The notes beneath the pieces were generated by a model, which saw only the letters and a list, made by a program, of their open reading frames with translations, searched no databases and was not told where the DNA came from. A stretch of DNA of 64,000 bases from Camelus dromedarius (taxonomy: Eukaryota). Location: contig NC_087447.1 of assembly GCF_036321535.1 (NCBI RefSeq), positions 46,378,001 through 46,442,000 of the forward strand. The letters run 5' to 3'. A program made the translations under genes and the position numbers. Shown piece by piece: positions 13,601 to 24,820 of this stretch (positions are counted from its first letter, which is position 1; every line of letters begins with the position of its first letter).

Positions 13601-16600
13601 GCCTTGCAGCAAGAGCCAAGTTTGGTGCCAGACAAGTATTGGGAGATAGGAAAATAAAGCCCTGGCACAGGAGGGGTGCTGCGGTCAACCTGCCCAGCTG
13701 TCACCTCTGTAAAGCCTCACAAGAACCTGAAGGTTCTCTTCCAGCCCCAAAATCATTATCTGCTCTGTCCCTCCTCTCTGCCCCCGCCTTACTCGGCCCT
13801 TCTTATCCAAGGCCTCCCTCATGCAGGCCCCGCTGTGAAGTGTATTATACAACCTGCGCCGAGACTTCCCTTTCCCTCCTGCCTCACCTAGGCCTGGATG
13901 TGGAAGGAAACTCAAGAGTTGGGAGATCCCTAATGCGAAAAGATGCATGCATCCCAATGTTCATAGCAGCTCTATATACAAGAGCCAAGACATGGAACCA
14001 ACCTAAATCTTCATCGACAGATGACTGGATAAAGAAGTTGTGTTATAGTTATACAATGGAATACTATTCTGCCATTAAAAAGAATAAAATAATGTCATTT
14101 GCAGCAACATGGATGGACGTAGAGACAGTCATTCTAAGTGAAGTAAGCCAGAAAGAGAAAGAAAAATACCATATGATATCACTCACATGTGGAATCTAAA
14201 AAAAAAAAAAAGAGAGAGAGAGAGACACTATGAACTCATCTATAAAACAGAAACAGACTTGCAGACATAGTAAACAATCTTATAGTTACTGGGGTTAAGT
14301 GGGTGGGAGGGGATAAATTTGAAAGTTTGAGATTCACAAATGTTAGCTACTATATATAAAAATTTATTTTTGAAAAGTTTCTATTGTATAGCACAGGAAC
14401 TATGTTCAACACCTTGCAATAACCTTTAATGGAAAAAATATGAAAAGGAATATATGTATGAATATGCATGACTGGGACATTGTGCTGTACACCAGAGATT
14501 GACACGTTGTAATTGACTGTACCTCAATTAAAAAAAAAAAAAGAGTCGAGAGATCCCTCAAGTGTTATCCTGCCCAAGATACTGGTAAAGAAGAACTGAC
14601 TTGTCCAAGGCCCTGGTGAGTAAGAGACTTGAGCAAAGAGGTAGAATCTGACTCCTGTCTGCTGTGCTTTTCCTTGGACCACAGGTGGGATATAGCCCTG
14701 CGGACCCAGGGGGGCCCTCTTCCCTCCAAGCAAGAAGGAAGCCTCTCTCCTCAGCTCCTGCCAAGGCATGGGGCCCTTACCAAGCATTAGGCCAACTTAA
14801 GTCCTCAGGAAATAACACAAGCTGAACAAAGACAAGCTCATCCTGGGCAGCACTGAAGGCACAGCAGGCTACCTGGAGGGGTTTCATTTGCTTGCTTCAT
14901 TTTATTTTGTTTGTGGGGACGGGGAGTTGTCAGAACAGCATGGCCCGGGTGGGTCTCCCCTAGCCTCCAGACAGCAACCTGGCTCCAAAGCCACCTCTGT
15001 ACCTTCAGGACAGAGTAGCCGTGATTACCATCAGTTGTGGCCAAGTTGATTTCACTGCAACTGAGTCAGCAGTTACAATGATGGTTGTAACCTTAGAGGG
15101 TGAGCCAGGTGCGGAGGGGAGCAGAGGACTTTGGAACTGCCTCCCCTTCCCTCTATGTGAATCTCTCACTGGGAGCCACCACAAAGCTGCCATCCATTCT
15201 CACACACCATATCCACTCCCTAAGTCCAAAATGGCTAGCCTGGTCCCAATGCCAGGCCTTTCCTGTGAACTCTCTCCCTTTCAGAGTTATCACCTTAGTC
15301 ACAAACTCAGAAGAGGTCCTCAAGCAGCCTACTTTCATCTTAGATGATGATGTGGGTATTGAAAAAGGAGTTGAAGTTCCTTTGTAATCCATGTAACTCA
15401 TCTCTTAAGGCTGGCCTGCACATTTGAAAGGGAAATAGAAAACACTTTATAAAGCATAGGATTTCAAAGAATCAGAAGAGGTAACTTCTTCACCAAATTT
15501 CATTTTTAGCCAAGACTTGACTTTTTGACCTTTTCTGGAAAACAGCCAAATCTTCCCTATCCCACTGCAGTCAAACATAACCCTGATTAAGAGGAGAGAT
15601 CTGGGGGTGGGGCAGGGGTGGGGAGTAACAGTGGGGTAATGCATAGCCACATGTTACTACTGCTGGGAAGCCATCCTCAGAAAGACAGCAGCATGTGCCC
15701 ATGCAATGTGATAGTGCAGGCAGGGGCACCACAGCCCAGAGGCAGCACAGGATAAAGGGGCGAGGATTTAGGTATAAGGAAAGATGAGCTATTTGCAGAG
15801 GGATGGCATTATAGCTCTCTGGACCAAGGGGATAATGATGCAGCGAGAACAGAAGACAAGCAGGCAGCACTAGGCCCCCACTCTGAACGCCTGAGGCCAA
15901 ACAGCACCACAAGCACAGCCCTGGTCTATTTAGCAATGAGCACACTCTCCTGCGAGGCCTGGCTGGCCCTGAGGCTGCCAGGCTCTGTTCCCCACGAAAG
16001 TCAGCCTACATGGAGAACTGACGCACATCCTGAGACCCAGGCTACTTCCACTGCTATGACTAACAAGTGAAAATACAAGCTTTAAGATGATGCTTAGACA
16101 TCCTAAGTTGGTTTTGTTATTTTTTCCTTCTGTAAGGAGAGAAGGAAAATTAACTGGATTTAAGGCTAGAACAGAAAATAGTCGTAGAGAAAAATAGACT
16201 GTTGTCAGGTAACAACGTGGAAGAATTAAAATGAGGCATTCAAAAATCTTAAAGCCAAGACCCTCTCTTACAGCTTTACCAGCCTCCAACCACAGCTTCA
16301 AGCCTTCAGCATTGCTCTTAAAATAGTCAAGTGAGCAAGCATTAGGATCGGCGCTTCATCTGGCAGGCAACCCTGTGGCTCGAGATCCCACCATCCTGGC
16401 TTCTGCCCACTAAACTGGCAGGTTAGCAAGCGCCTTCCCTGATAGCACCCACCCCAAGCCCGCCCAGGGCGCAGGCAAGAGGAGGCTAGGTCTGGGCGGC
16501 TGTGCCGCGCTCGGTACCTGCCGGCCGCCCAGCCCGCGTCATTCTGTGGACTCGGGCGCCATCGCGTGGCCGCGGGCTGGCGGTGCACCGATCTCGGGCG

Positions 16601-16808
16601 CCTTGGGTCCCGGCGGCGGGTCCCCGAGTTCCAGCGTTTGCTGGCTCGCCGCCAGCCTCCTCCGGGCCTCGTCGGCGCGCGGCAGGTTTGCTGTTTGCGA
16701 GGTGGCTGGGCTCCCCGGGGCCGGGGCGGCGACGGCCGGCCGGGCAGAACTAACGAGCCCCGCGGGAGCACGGCGGCGGGAAGGCCCGGCGGTGGCAACC
16801 TGGCGCGT
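10618..16808 (-). pseudogene. Decayed multi-exon protein-coding gene (candidate unitary pseudogene), family unidentified
   Basis: Phase-compatible AG/GT-bounded exon remnants: 15600-15494, 15415-15333, 15091-15003, 14872-14781, 14581-13888 (split by L1), 11956-11886, 11731-11609, 11395-11329, 11216-11165, 11086-11059, 10980-10896, 10815-10743, 10660-10618; five introns of 78-82 nt; multiple in-frame stops. Confidence 0.65.
13932..14540 (+). mobile_element. 5'-truncated L1 with 18-bp TSD
   Basis: L1 ORF2 C-terminus (WIKKLCYSYTMEYYSAIKKN), 3' UTR and poly(A); TSD aagagttgggagatccct 13914-13931 and aagagtcgagagatccct 14541-14558. Confidence 0.92.
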
Positions 16809-17070
16809 GGCAACCTAGCTGGGCCGAGCCCCGCTCCCCGACTAGGCCGTCTCTTAGCAACGCAGCCGATGGGGCCGCGCTTCCCAGGCTTCCCGGGTCC
16901 ACGCCTGTCCACCACGGCCCCCGCGCTGTGCTCAGAGAGCCCTCCTGCACCGCCCCGCGGCGAGGCTGTGGTTGAGGACCGGGCTGGAGACTCCAGTTCA
17001 CCCTCCCCTGCCCCACCAAAACCGTGACCCACCTATAAGGGAAAGTCTGTGGCGCCCTCAGCCGGGGCTG
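16400..17070. promoter_or_regulatory. CpG island with RFX X-box motifs (probable promoter, minus-strand transcript)
   Basis: Only strongly CpG-dense stretch in the window; X-box GTCTCTTAGCAAC 16849-16861; GGCAAC half-sites at 16794 and 16809; minus-strand donor CAG|gtaccg at 16518/16517. Confidence 0.85.
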
Positions 17071-19619
17071 TTGGGTGCTCTACCCATAGTCATGAAACTG
17101 AAGGGATTAGGGAGCTCCCTCTAACCCCTCTGAGCTCTGCTCATCTGCAAGGGAGTAATAGGGTTGCTGTATCGATAATGCGCGTATTGCCCATTTACCA
17201 TTAGCCAGGAATTGTACTGTATGCATTGTTACACCAGATACCTCATTTAGTCCTCATACCAACGCTGATGGGACCTGTCATATGTGTACCGTTAAGTCCA
17301 TTTTACAGATAGGAAAACTGAGGCCTGGGATCACATGACTTAACCTGAAGGCACATAGCCCGTGAGTGACTCAAAGCCCCAGCTCTTTACTCCAGTATGT
17401 TCCTAAGTGTCTTCCAGACCTCACAACCCACACAGACTCCTTAGAACAAGGAATTCCATGTCCCCCAAATTTGGAGAAACACTGGATATTGTGTCTTCCT
17501 CTGCTTGTGTGGGAAGCTGACAATGCATTTTAGTGAATCAGATAGATTCTAACCCAGAGAAGAAAACTGTTTGCCTTGATTTAATGCCATGTTTTCCAAA
17601 CGAAGTTGAACAGGAAACCTCTTTTTAAAAGACACTATTACTAGCATCCTGTGGAACTGTGCTCCATGAAATACACTTTGGGGAACACTTGCCTCTTTAG
17701 TCTCAAATGAAAGAATAGATGTGGAAGTCCCTGAAAAGTGCTGTAGAGCCATGACCATATGGTTTACTGTTATGTTATCAACATCATGTTCTTCATTACT
17801 TTTTGAAGGGGTCCTTCTGGCCACTCTGTAGTGCTGGGTAATAATAATAACTAACATTGACTGAGCACTTCCTATATGCCAAGCTCTGCTCTAAGTGCTT
17901 TGGGTGTATTAACTAACATATCTTACAACTACCCAAGTGTTACCCCACCTGAAAAAAAGAAAAAATAAAAGCATGAGATCATGATGATCAAGTGAGTAAC
18001 AGATGTAAAATTCTTAGAAGAAAGCACTTAGAATTACTACAAACATTTGCTACTATTACTCCTATTTTACAGAGGAGGAAACTGAGGCACAGAAGGATAA
18101 AGTAACTTGCTCTAGGTCACACTGATAGTAAATGTATTGGAACCCAGGCAGCCTGGGGGCAGGACCTATGCCGGTAACCACTGGACATTCTGCCTCCCTG
18201 CCAGAGGTGGAAGGGAAGCCCCAGATCTGGGCCCTCGTCAGCAAAGCCAGAATTGCTGGGACAGCATCTCTTCCCTGTCTGGGGCCACCTCCCCCATCCT
18301 GTCCATGCCATCTGCTTCTCACAACCACCACCACAAGCTGCCTCATGGGAGAAGAAAGGGGACAAGATGTGAGATTAGACAGCCCTGGATTGTACCCCAG
18401 CCTCACCATTTACTGACTGGGATCTTAGACAAGTAATTTAACCATCAGTTTTCTCTTCAGTAAAAAGCGAGCACCATCTACCTCACAGGTGTGTAAGGAT
18501 AGACTGAGATAACAGATATAAAGCACTTGGCATAGGGCCTGACCCATCTTAAGCACTTGGTAAATGATGGTCCACTTCCACCTCCTCTGGGAAGCCTTCC
18601 CTGACTGAGTGCCTCCCTCCATCCTCATGCAGGGTCAGGACCCCTCTGCCATGTCCCTGGCTTATGCCACTTCAGCCTGCCACACCTCCTGGTCTTGAAA
18701 TTATGGTTTTATTTCACAAAATAGAATCCCAAAGATCGGTCTTGTTCATGGCTAAATCCCCCATATGTAGCCTGCCAAGCTCAACACATAGTAGGAGCCG
18801 AACTAATGTTTGCTGACTGAATGATTGAATTATAACAAGAAATGTGGCTAATATTAATTCTTGAGAACCCATTATGCACCTGTCCCCATTCCAAATATTT
18901 TATGCAGATTCTAACTCATTTAATAAAACAAGATTATGAAGTAAGCACTATTGTTTTCCCATTTGAGGAAACTGAGGTAAAGAGCTGTGTCTGGTAAATA
19001 GTGGAGACAGGATTTGAACCCAGTCAGCAAGCTAAGCCACAATAAACAAGTGAGAAGGCCACATGATACAAAAGCCCTACATGTGCACAGCCGTTTATTG
19101 TTACTAAGCCTCAGAAAAGGACAGAAGCCTGGGTTCAGGGCTTGCTCCTCCCAGGCCCCTGTTTCCCCATCTGTGAATTAAGGGTTGGACCTGATAATAT
19201 CAGGTCCGTTACACTCATGACGGTGCTTGTCTGCAAGCCTAGAAGACAGGGAAGGAAAGCGGGAAAGGGAGTTTGGGCCAAAAGAAACCTAGAAACCACA
19301 TGATAGCTAAGTGGGCCCAGCCGAGAGCAGAGGGCAGGCCAGGGGCCAGCAGAGCTGGGAGGGGCCCCACCGCTGCCTCTGTGAGCACCCACAGAGTTAG
19401 CTCAATTCAGCTAGGAGTGGGGGTCAGGGCCATGGTCCCAGCCAGGCTGGTGTGGTATAATAATTAAGGACAGTAATGACCATTCACAAGTAGCTAGTGC
19501 TTTACAGTTTGCATTATCTCACCTGGGTCTCAAGCCAACCCTGTTATTATTACCCCCAAGAACTAAGGCCTAGAGAGGCCTGGGGTTTGCCCAGGGTCAC
19601 ACAGTGGGTCAGCGTCTAG

Positions 19620-20095
19620 ATCTCACATGACCTGTCTATTGATTTACCAATCAGTTCAAACTGCAACAAGCCATTTTCTAGAAATTGCTCTGGCTCTTTA
19701 AGGAGGGAGTGAGCAGGATCCAGGCGGCATGCCTGGGCCACAGTCAAGGGAGAGAAGTAGCCATTTCCACTCATTAAAAGTTTGGCCAGGCAAGCACAGT
19801 GGGCGCCTGGGGGCAGCCAGAGCTCCCAGGGGCTCAGGCCAGCGCTGGACCCAGCGTCAGGCTCAGGCTGCTGTAATTGGGCCCAGCTGTCCTGCTGAGC
19901 CCTTGTCCCCGGGGGAGCCTCACAGGCCACCAAGGTCCAGCTCATTATGGCCTAATTGGTGGCAAATGACTCGGTCAGCCTCAGGGACACAGAGCAATGA
20001 GCTCAGAGTGAGAAAAGTTTGAGCCTCACAACTTTCTCCCACACGGCCCCAACTTTCTCTGCAGTGGCCCAAACTTTCCCAGCCCTGGGGGCACC
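19620..20095. promoter_or_regulatory. Probable J element (long-range class I OR enhancer)
   Basis: AAACTTTTAATGAG (minus, 19770-19783); O/E sites TCCCAGGGG 19824-19832 and TCCCCGGGGGA 19906-19916; homeodomain sites TAATTG 19874, TAATGAG (minus) 19941, TAATTG 19953; AAACTTTTC (minus) 20012-20020; related AACTTTC at 20030, 20051, 20072; no recognisable repeat; upstream of the Olfr544-like gene. Confidence 0.8.
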
Positions 20096-23000
20096 GAGGT
20101 CCCTGTTGGTGCCCAGGTTTCAACAGGATGTGCAGACCCAGGTGCACCACTGATACACTGCTGTCACCGCTGGGGCTGGTGTAACCCTCAGCGGTAGCCT
20201 GGCAGTCTGAGGCACCTCCCGGCTCCCCAGAGCCTTGTGGGTGCACTCAGTCTGGGCGGGTTGCCCCAGCTCTATCCTCCACCCCCACACACACCCATCC
20301 CGGGACACCTGGTGGGGCAGCAGCCCCCTCCACACCCGAAGAACGGAGTCTGGGCACTCCTAGGGCCAAGCACTACATCCCTGAAGGGGAAAAGGTGTCT
20401 GGTTATCAACATGACCATGGCCCCCATCCCTGAGGCAGTTCACAAAGGCCCTCCCCCATTAGCCCATTCCTCCTCACACCTGCCTCTGGAGGGAGGCAGG
20501 AAGGGTGATGTAAAGATGATGATAATGACAAACAAAAGGTTACTATTTAGAGCTAGAGACTTCTACTCATCAGCCCGTGTACCCTTCAGAGAAGCCCTGT
20601 GATGTGGGAATTATTATCCCCACTTCATAGATACGTAAACTGAGACTGAGAGATACTAGGTTCACCCACCTCATACAAGCTTTCCCTGCGTGAGCATACT
20701 AGCTTTGAAGTGAGAATAATTGGGGCTCAAATTCCTGCCACTTAACTAGCTGTGTAAATTTATGCACTTAAGTGAACTTCTCTGAGTCTTTGTTTCTTCA
20801 TCTGTAAATTGGCAACGTTATATCTGTTTCATGAGATTGTGAGGTTAGAGACAATGTATACAAAATGCCCATCACAGTCCTGACCCAGGGTAAACATTCA
20901 TTAAATGACTAATAGCTTGGTGGAATGAAAAAAGCATAGGATTTGGAGTCAGCAACTCAAAAAAAGAATATGTTTGCTCCCTTAATCCATGCCAGGCTCT
21001 GGCCCAGGCCCGGGAGTTTCCACTGTCCATTAGAGGCTCTCCCTGCCCTCCCCAAGCAGGATGAGACCAGGAAATAAGAGCAGTGGGAGGGGGACAGGTC
21101 AGGGGTCAGTCTGAGATGTGACTTAGCCTCTCCGAGCCCAGCTTTATCACTTGTTAAATGATACACCTGCGGCACAGGGTTACTATGAGAGCTGGGTGCC
21201 ATGACGTAGGTGAGTATGGTTGGCAGATTCTAGAGCTGTATAAACATATACAGCTGTTCCACAGATGAGGAAGCTGAGGTCCAGGGACCTGTGGTCATTG
21301 CCCAAGGTCACTCAGCTGATGGTGGCCAAGCCCACAATGAATCCCAGAGCTTTTCTACCCAGAGAATGCCCTACACCCTGGCAGGAATGGCACCCTTCCT
21401 CAGTCTCCACCTACAGTCACACCCTGTAGGGTCACTGACACACAACAGGACTGGACTCCCCAGCCAGTGGGCAAGTTGTGTGGGGCAGACCCTGCCTCTT
21501 GCCAGGGACTCACGATCATGGATCAGTAAGACAAGCAAGAGATTCTCAAAATACATGCAGAAAGGGAACACGGCCTGGGGGCATCCAGAGGGAAATGGGG
21601 CTGACAGCCATCTCTGCTGCCCCTCTCCACTCAAACATGTGACCTGTGAGCTCCAGGACCTCCCTCTTCTGCTTCCTTTGCCCCCAAATAACCCCACAGT
21701 TTATGCAGAAGCAGAGAGTTTGCTATGCGCACACAACTTCAAGACATGTCCCGCAGCCCCCTTCCAACCAGATGGGGGCCCCCAAATCTCTCTGAGAGAG
21801 AAATTCTCCGGGACTGTCTGCTCTCTGCCCTTTAGGAAAGGTCTGAGCTCAGTGTAATTTGCCTGCTGAAGGAGCCAGGGACTCTGGGGGAGGGAGGAGG
21901 CTGAGGATCTGGATGAGAAGTTCTGAGGAGGTGACCCAGGTTGGTCCAAGTTCCCCAGGGGGAGAATTGGAGGGAGTTCAGAGGATGTTCATGGGACACA
22001 CACACACACACACACGTTAAACGTGGGAACCAGCAGCAGTGGGGTTTAGAGTCTGAAAGCCCAAGTTCAGATCCCAGCTCTGTAGCTTACTGGCTGCATG
22101 GCTTTGGGCAAGTGTGTGGCCTTTACCTACTTCCTCCTCCATAAATTGGGGGTAATACTTCAGCCAGCCACATAGGGGCCCTAAGGATTAGAAAGTCTTA
22201 GCCAATATTTATACAGTCCATGTTGTGTTAGTAACTGCACTAAGTAAGTTATAGATGTTACCTCATTTGACCCTCAGAACACCCTGTGAGGCTTTGCTTG
22301 CTCACGGCTCTATGCTACATCTAGCCTACTGGGTTCTCCATAAATATGTGTTGAATGAAGCAGTGAATAAAGATGAGATTGGTGTTATTATTATGCCCAT
22401 TTTTCAGGAGAGCACACTGAGGCTCAAAGAGAGCAAACAACGTGTCAGGACTACGCAGAGCTAGGGTGTTCCCAGGCCATGACACCCGTGTGTTCTGATT
22501 GACTCAGGCTCACAGTCTGGGGTGGGGAAGGATGTTGGTCACCAGGAATGTCTAAGGATGAGGCACCTCAAACTAACTAGCCCCGCCAGGCACAGACTGC
22601 CCCTTTCCCCAGGCACAGACCCTGCAGCACAGGCCTGAATCCAGGCAGCCTCTGCCCAACATGGTGCTTGGGTGCCACCTTGTGGCTACTCTGGGCAGTG
22701 CAGGCTGCATTTCGTCTGGCCAGGAGGCCTCCCCAGGGTGTGGAAAGTCAGTCCTTCAGACAGTCCACAGCTCCTGGGTGAGGTCCGAGACCCCCAGCAT
22801 AGACACGAATAGGGAAGGACAGGGTGCTCCAAAAGCTTCACTCAGAGACCAAAGGGTCCCTAGAGCCAAATAACTTGTTTATGGGCAGGTCAGGTGGAGA
22901 TGGGGGTAGGGAATTCACCTATATCCAACAGGGGCCTGTGCCCTCTGACTTCCTAGAATGCCAACCCCAGATAGCCACTCACCTGCTCCTCTCACACACC

Positions 23001-24609
23001 ACACACACAGAGGCCATATCAAGCCACTTACCAGATTTCCTACTGCCACAGCCTGAGGTCTTTGGGTCTGCAGCCTGGTTTCTTAGGACTGGAGTGTTCA
23101 GCCTGAAGGACCCTCAGAGTAGAGAGTTCCCACTCCCTCCTTATGTACATGAGATCCATAGGAGGATGGGCCCTGGCCAAGTGGGCCCCACACTCAGGCC
23201 TCTGATCTGGACTGTCTGCCGGTTAATTCTCAGTAAGGACCCTCTTCTATAAATCAAACAGCAGAGCAAGTACTGAGATTCAGACATGCAGTCCTTCAGC
23301 CTGACACCTGCCCTCATGGACTGACAGTCTATGGAGCACCCACTTCCCCTTTCTCCTTCCTGCAGGAGGCAGGGGGCTACCACCAGGCATCTTATGGGTC
23401 TGAGGCTTCAGAACCAGACTTGACTTGAAGTCTCAACTCTGCCACTTCTAATGCTGAGGCTTGGCCAACAGCAACCTCCCTAAGTCTCAGTTTCTTCATC
23501 TGTAAAATGGATTTAATGATTACCGCCTTGCAAGGGGTTGTTTTAAATGAAATACGAAATGTAACACCCCAGATGCAGGACCTGGCCATGACAGAAGCTG
23601 GTTGAATGAGCTACTTCTTTCATCTGGCCCCTGACAAGCCAGGGGAGGGGCCACTGAGGGAGCCCAGAGGAGGCTGAAGCCCTCCAGCTGCAACTGATAG
23701 CAGGGGACAAAGTCAGACCCCAGGCTCAGGCACATCAGGGAAGATCCTTTGGAATCAGACAATTGGTGCCCTGTCCTCCTCAGGCCCCAGCATTCTTCCT
23801 TTGGGCTCAAAGATAGACCTACAGGTAAGTCTGCCCACAAGGGCGTGTCTGGCTCAGAGAAGCATCCTGGCTGGAGGTCTGCCACCCACTTGCTGCTCTG
23901 CCCCCTACTCCCTGCTGAAAGACTGCTGGTCTGGCCAAGGCAGGGTGAGCTGCAGAACTCTGTCTGGAGGGGGTGGCCCCCTCCCTACAGAGAGGACTTG
24001 AGAGCTGCCCCACTGGGAAAGGAAGCCCCCTCTCCTGGGTCGGGGCCTGCTGGCCCACCACTCATGGAAAGTTTCCCCAGTCCCTTCTCCAGATGAGGAG
24101 ATAAGGGTGGAGAGGCCAGCTGTCTGCCTTAGGGGACAGAGACCCATTTTCAAGACTGGACACAGCAAAGTAGGGGGAACGTCAGGCTGAGGGAGCAAGG
24201 TGGGCAAGAGGAGGGAAACCAGGCTAGTCCTGGTCCACACCCTCCTCACGTGGAGACAAGACCCCAGCATTCCTGGTTCTGAGGGATCCTCAGCTCCCCA
24301 GCCACCAGAGCGGACTCAGGAGCTAGAGGAGCCAAGGACCAGCTCCAGGCCCCGTCTGTTACCAAGTGGCTGCGAGACAGCTAGCTCCAAACCTCAGCTC
24401 CCTCAGCTGTAAAGTGTGGTGGTACCGCCTACCTCCCAGGTGTGAAGGGGAAATCAAATCAGTTGAGGAACTCGAAAGAGGGTAGATCTTACATTAGGTG
24501 TTAGGTTACATCACAAAAATAATCATAATAAATAAATGGGCAGGAGGAAACCTCGGTGGTGATGATATGTTTATGGTACAGATTGTGGTGATGGTTTCAC
24601 AGGCATATA

Positions 24610-24820
24610 CAATTGACCCTTGAGCAACGCAGGGGTTAGGAACATGCACCCTCCTCACAGTCGAAAATCCACATAAAACTTAGCCCTCTGTATCCATGGT
24701 TCTGCATCCGTGAGTTCAACCAACTGCAGACTGTGTAGTACTGTGGTATTTACTATTGAAAAAAACCCACATTTAAGCGGACTTGTGCAGTTCAAACCTG
24801 TGTTGTTCAAGGCTCAATAG
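24610..24820. mobile_element. Tigger-family MITE (MER8/Tigger2-like) nested in an L1 fragment
   Basis: TIRs caattgacccttgagcaac and gttgttcaaggctcaatag, flanked by TA; L1 3' UTR-like sequence at 24520-24910 on both sides. Confidence 0.8.

Noticed and set aside
13573..14199. 208-aa plus-strand ORF
   Set aside because: Chance read-through from unique DNA into the C-terminus of L1 ORF2; not a gene.
15010..15050. Peptide LATTDGNHG resembling the TDGNHG motif of bacterial diaminopropionate ammonia-lyase
   Set aside because: Short match only; neighbouring exons show no other PLP fold-type II motifs; treated as coincidence.
16298..17032. 244-aa minus-strand ORF and overlapping plus-strand ORFs in the CpG island
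   Set aside because: Arg/Pro/Gly-rich products expected from stop-poor GC-rich DNA; non-ATG start; no recognisable domain.
21291..21857. 188-aa plus-strand ORF
   Set aside because: Starts in a MIR-like repeat at a non-ATG codon; no domain or splice support.
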